Source: Psychrobacter sp. DM4
Lineage (GTDB): Bacteria > Pseudomonadota > Gammaproteobacteria > Pseudomonadales > Moraxellaceae
Reading direction: 5' to 3'
Length of the DNA: 32,000 bases
Assembly (NCBI RefSeq): GCF_051307035.1
Contig: NZ_CP195536.1
Location: forward strand, 2,070,001-2,102,000
Shown: piece by piece, positions 29,971 to 32,000 of the stretch
How positions within the stretch are numbered: the stretch's first letter is position 1
How the letters are laid out: each line of letters begins with the position of its first letter
Made by a program: the position numbers and the translations under genes
The notes under the pieces: model-generated
Told to the model about the DNA's origin: nothing
The model's input: only the letters and a program-made list of their open reading frames with translations
Databases searched by the model: none

Positions 29971-32000
29971 ATGAGTGACTATAATATCGATAAAGACAAC
30001 ATCGACATCGATGTCTCGGCAGTCGTGCCAGAGACTGATGACACAATCATGGATAACAAGTCAGACCATTACTTGCCGCTATTAGCGCTACGTGATGTCG
30101 TGGTGTATCCGCACATGCAAATCGCCCTATTCGTCGGCCGCGCGCCCTCGGTCAAAGCCGTTGAATTAGCACAGAGCGAGTACGGCAATAAAGTCCTAGT
30201 CGTCGCGCAAAAAGACTCGCTGACAGAAGACATTGATCAAGATAACTTGTATCAGTACGGTACGGTTTGCCGCATCGTTAGCACCATGCCACATGACAGT
30301 GATGAGAATTGCATAAAGGTACTTATCGAAGGCGAATACCGCGCCCGCGTTGATACGTTAGAAGATCATGGTGAGCTATTGATGGCAAGCTTTGAGCGTG
30401 CTGATATCGACGTCGCTATGGACGACAGTCAACAAAAAAACACGATCAAAGCCCTCACTAGCTTGTTTGAGAGCTATGCTGATGCGCGCCTACGTAACGC
30501 GCGTGAGTTGACTCGCGTCGCCAAACGCATAGACGACTTACTTGAGCTGGTATATTTCATCTCAACTCGCGTCTCAATGGATTTGGAGGTCAAGCAGTCG
30601 TTCTTAGAAGACAATGACATCAAGACTCATATCAATACTTTGACTGAGTATCTGGTCAAGCAGAGCGCTGAGCAAAATATCGAACAAGATATCCAAGACG
30701 CTGTGCGTCAGCAGATGGAAGACAACCAGCGCGAGTACTTCTTGAACGAAAAGATGAAAGCGATCAAGAATGAGCTGTCTGATATGAGCGACGGCGCGTT
30801 CGATGGTGAAGATGATGTGGGTGAGCTTGAGCTACGCCTAGCAGACGCCGACTTGCCAGAAGATGTGCGCAAAAAAGCGGAACAAGAGATGAAGAAGCTC
30901 AAGATGATGCCGCCGGCGTCCTCTGAGTCCTCGGTCGTGCGCAACTATATTGAGTGGATATTGGATACGCCGTGGAATGCGACGACCAAAGTATCAATCA
31001 ATTTAGAAAAAGCCAAAGCCACTCTAGATGAAGATCACTATGGTCTAAAAGATGTCAAAGATCGCATCTTAGAATACCTCGCCGTTCAATCACGAGTGAA
31101 AAAGCTTCGCGGTCCGATTCTTTGTCTCGTCGGTCCTCCTGGTGTTGGTAAAACTTCACTCGGTGAGTCGATTGCACGAGCAACGGGTCGTAAGTTCGTC
31201 CGTATGGCGCTCGGCGGCGTCCGTGATGAAGCGGAGATCCGTGGTCATCGTCGTACTTATATCGGTGCGATGCCGGGTAAGATCGTACAGTCTCTAGCCA
31301 AAGTAGAAGTCAAAAACCCGCTGTTCTTGTTAGATGAAGTGGACAAAATGGCGCAAGACTTCCGCGGTGATCCTGCATCAGCCTTGCTTGAGGTTCTTGA
31401 TCCCTCACAGAATGATACGTTCAACGACCATTATCTCGATATGGATTTGGACTTATCACAAGTGATGTTCATCTGTACCGCAAATAGCATGGATATCCCG
31501 CCTGCGCTGCTCGACCGTATGGAAGTCATCCGTCTGCCAGGTTATACCGAAGAAGAAAAGGTCAATATCGCTCAGAAGTATCTCGTACCAAAAGCGATCA
31601 AGCAAAATGGTCTAAAAGACGGTGAGATTGAGATTGTCGAGGCGGCGTTGCATAGCATCGTACGCAGCTATACGCGTGAAGCAGGCGTGCGTAACCTTGA
31701 GCGTGAAGTCAATAAAATCTGCCGCAAAGTGGTTCGCGGTTCGGTTGAGACTCATGGTGCACGTGCTCCGAAAAAAGACGACCGTCAGCTGGTCGTGGTC
31801 GATGACAGCAATATAGATGACTATCTTGGCGTACATCAGTTTGACTACGGTCTGGCTGAAAAAGACCCTGAGATTGGTCGCGTCACAGGACTTGCTTGGA
31901 CACAAGTCGGTGGCGAGCTGCTTACCATTGAAGCCGTCGCTATGAAAGGCAAAGGTGAGCTTAGCTTTACAGGATCCTTAGGTGACGTCATGAAAGAATC
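29971..32000 (+). CDS. lon: ATP-dependent Lon protease (5' partial; continues past the window end)
   Basis: My own translation from the ATG at 29971 (GAGGA 8 nt upstream) gives LPLLALRDVVVYPHMQIALFVGR (Lon N-domain), Walker A GPPGVGKTSLGESIA, RRTYIGAMPGKI, and finally TGSLGDVMKES. It is open to base 32000, which is why it is absent from the ORF track. Confidence 0.95.
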   Translation, partial: MSDYNIDKDNIDIDVSAVVPETDDTIMDNKSDHYLPLLALRDVVVYPHMQIALFVGRAPSVKAVELAQSEYGNKVLVVAQKDSLTEDIDQDNLYQYGTVCRIVSTMPHDSDENCIKVLIEGEYRARVDTLEDHGELLMASFERADIDVAMDDSQQKNTIKALTSLFESYADARLRNARELTRVAKRIDDLLELVYFISTRVSMDLEVKQSFLEDNDIKTHINTLTEYLVKQSAEQNIEQDIQDAVRQQMEDNQREYFLNEKMKAIKNELSDMSDGAFDGEDDVGELELRLADADLPEDVRKKAEQEMKKLKMMPPASSESSVVRNYIEWILDTPWNATTKVSINLEKAKATLDEDHYGLKDVKDRILEYLAVQSRVKKLRGPILCLVGPPGVGKTSLGESIARATGRKFVRMALGGVRDEAEIRGHRRTYIGAMPGKIVQSLAKVEVKNPLFLLDEVDKMAQDFRGDPASALLEVLDPSQNDTFNDHYLDMDLDLSQVMFICTANSMDIPPALLDRMEVIRLPGYTEEEKVNIAQKYLVPKAIKQNGLKDGEIEIVEAALHSIVRSYTREAGVRNLEREVNKICRKVVRGSVETHGARAPKKDDRQLVVVDDSNIDDYLGVHQFDYGLAEKDPEIGRVTGLAWTQVGGELLTIEAVAMKGKGELSFTGSLGDVMKE

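Overview
By eye this is a mostly housekeeping chromosomal segment of an AT-leaning gammaproteobacterium. Gene content and order suggest Moraxellaceae, possibly Psychrobacter, but that is inference and no search was run.

Confident calls:
- tRNA-Glu(UUC) with its own promoter and terminator.
- A minus-strand block pyrG, kdsA, [Cys-less HMA protein, copZ, copA], eno, ftsB, ispD.
- Two tandem paralogous porins, then glcB, miaE, ppk1, mtgA, a rhomboid protease and a MipA/OmpV protein.
- An MltB-type lytic transglycosylase, a DUF1311/LprI-like lipoprotein, fumC and 5-formyl-THF cyclo-ligase.
- The 5' two-thirds of lon. It is missing from the ORF track because it runs off the window.

I saw no CRISPR array, IS element, integrase, toxin-antitoxin pair or recognisable defence system.

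The least explained content is a same-strand array of four small, extremely hydrophilic D/N/E/K/T-rich genes at 16.9-18.2 kb. One of them falls below the ORF-track size cutoff. Each has a good Shine-Dalgarno site, and all share a short A/P-H/K-N/D-L/I motif.

Other points worth a second look:
- A copper-export module sits inside the normally contiguous kdsA-eno cluster and includes a CopZ paralog that has lost both metal-binding cysteines.
- A BLUF photoreceptor carries a C-terminal transmembrane tail.
- The lytic transglycosylase ends in an S/T/N linker, a TM helix and a KKRR tail, two genes downstream of the rhomboid protease.
- The porin duplication shows a GTG-to-ACG change at the ancestral start codon of one copy and a (GATAAY)n-encoded Asp/Asn loop in the other.
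- An approximately 70-codon relic of an FMN-dependent L-lactate dehydrogenase survives.
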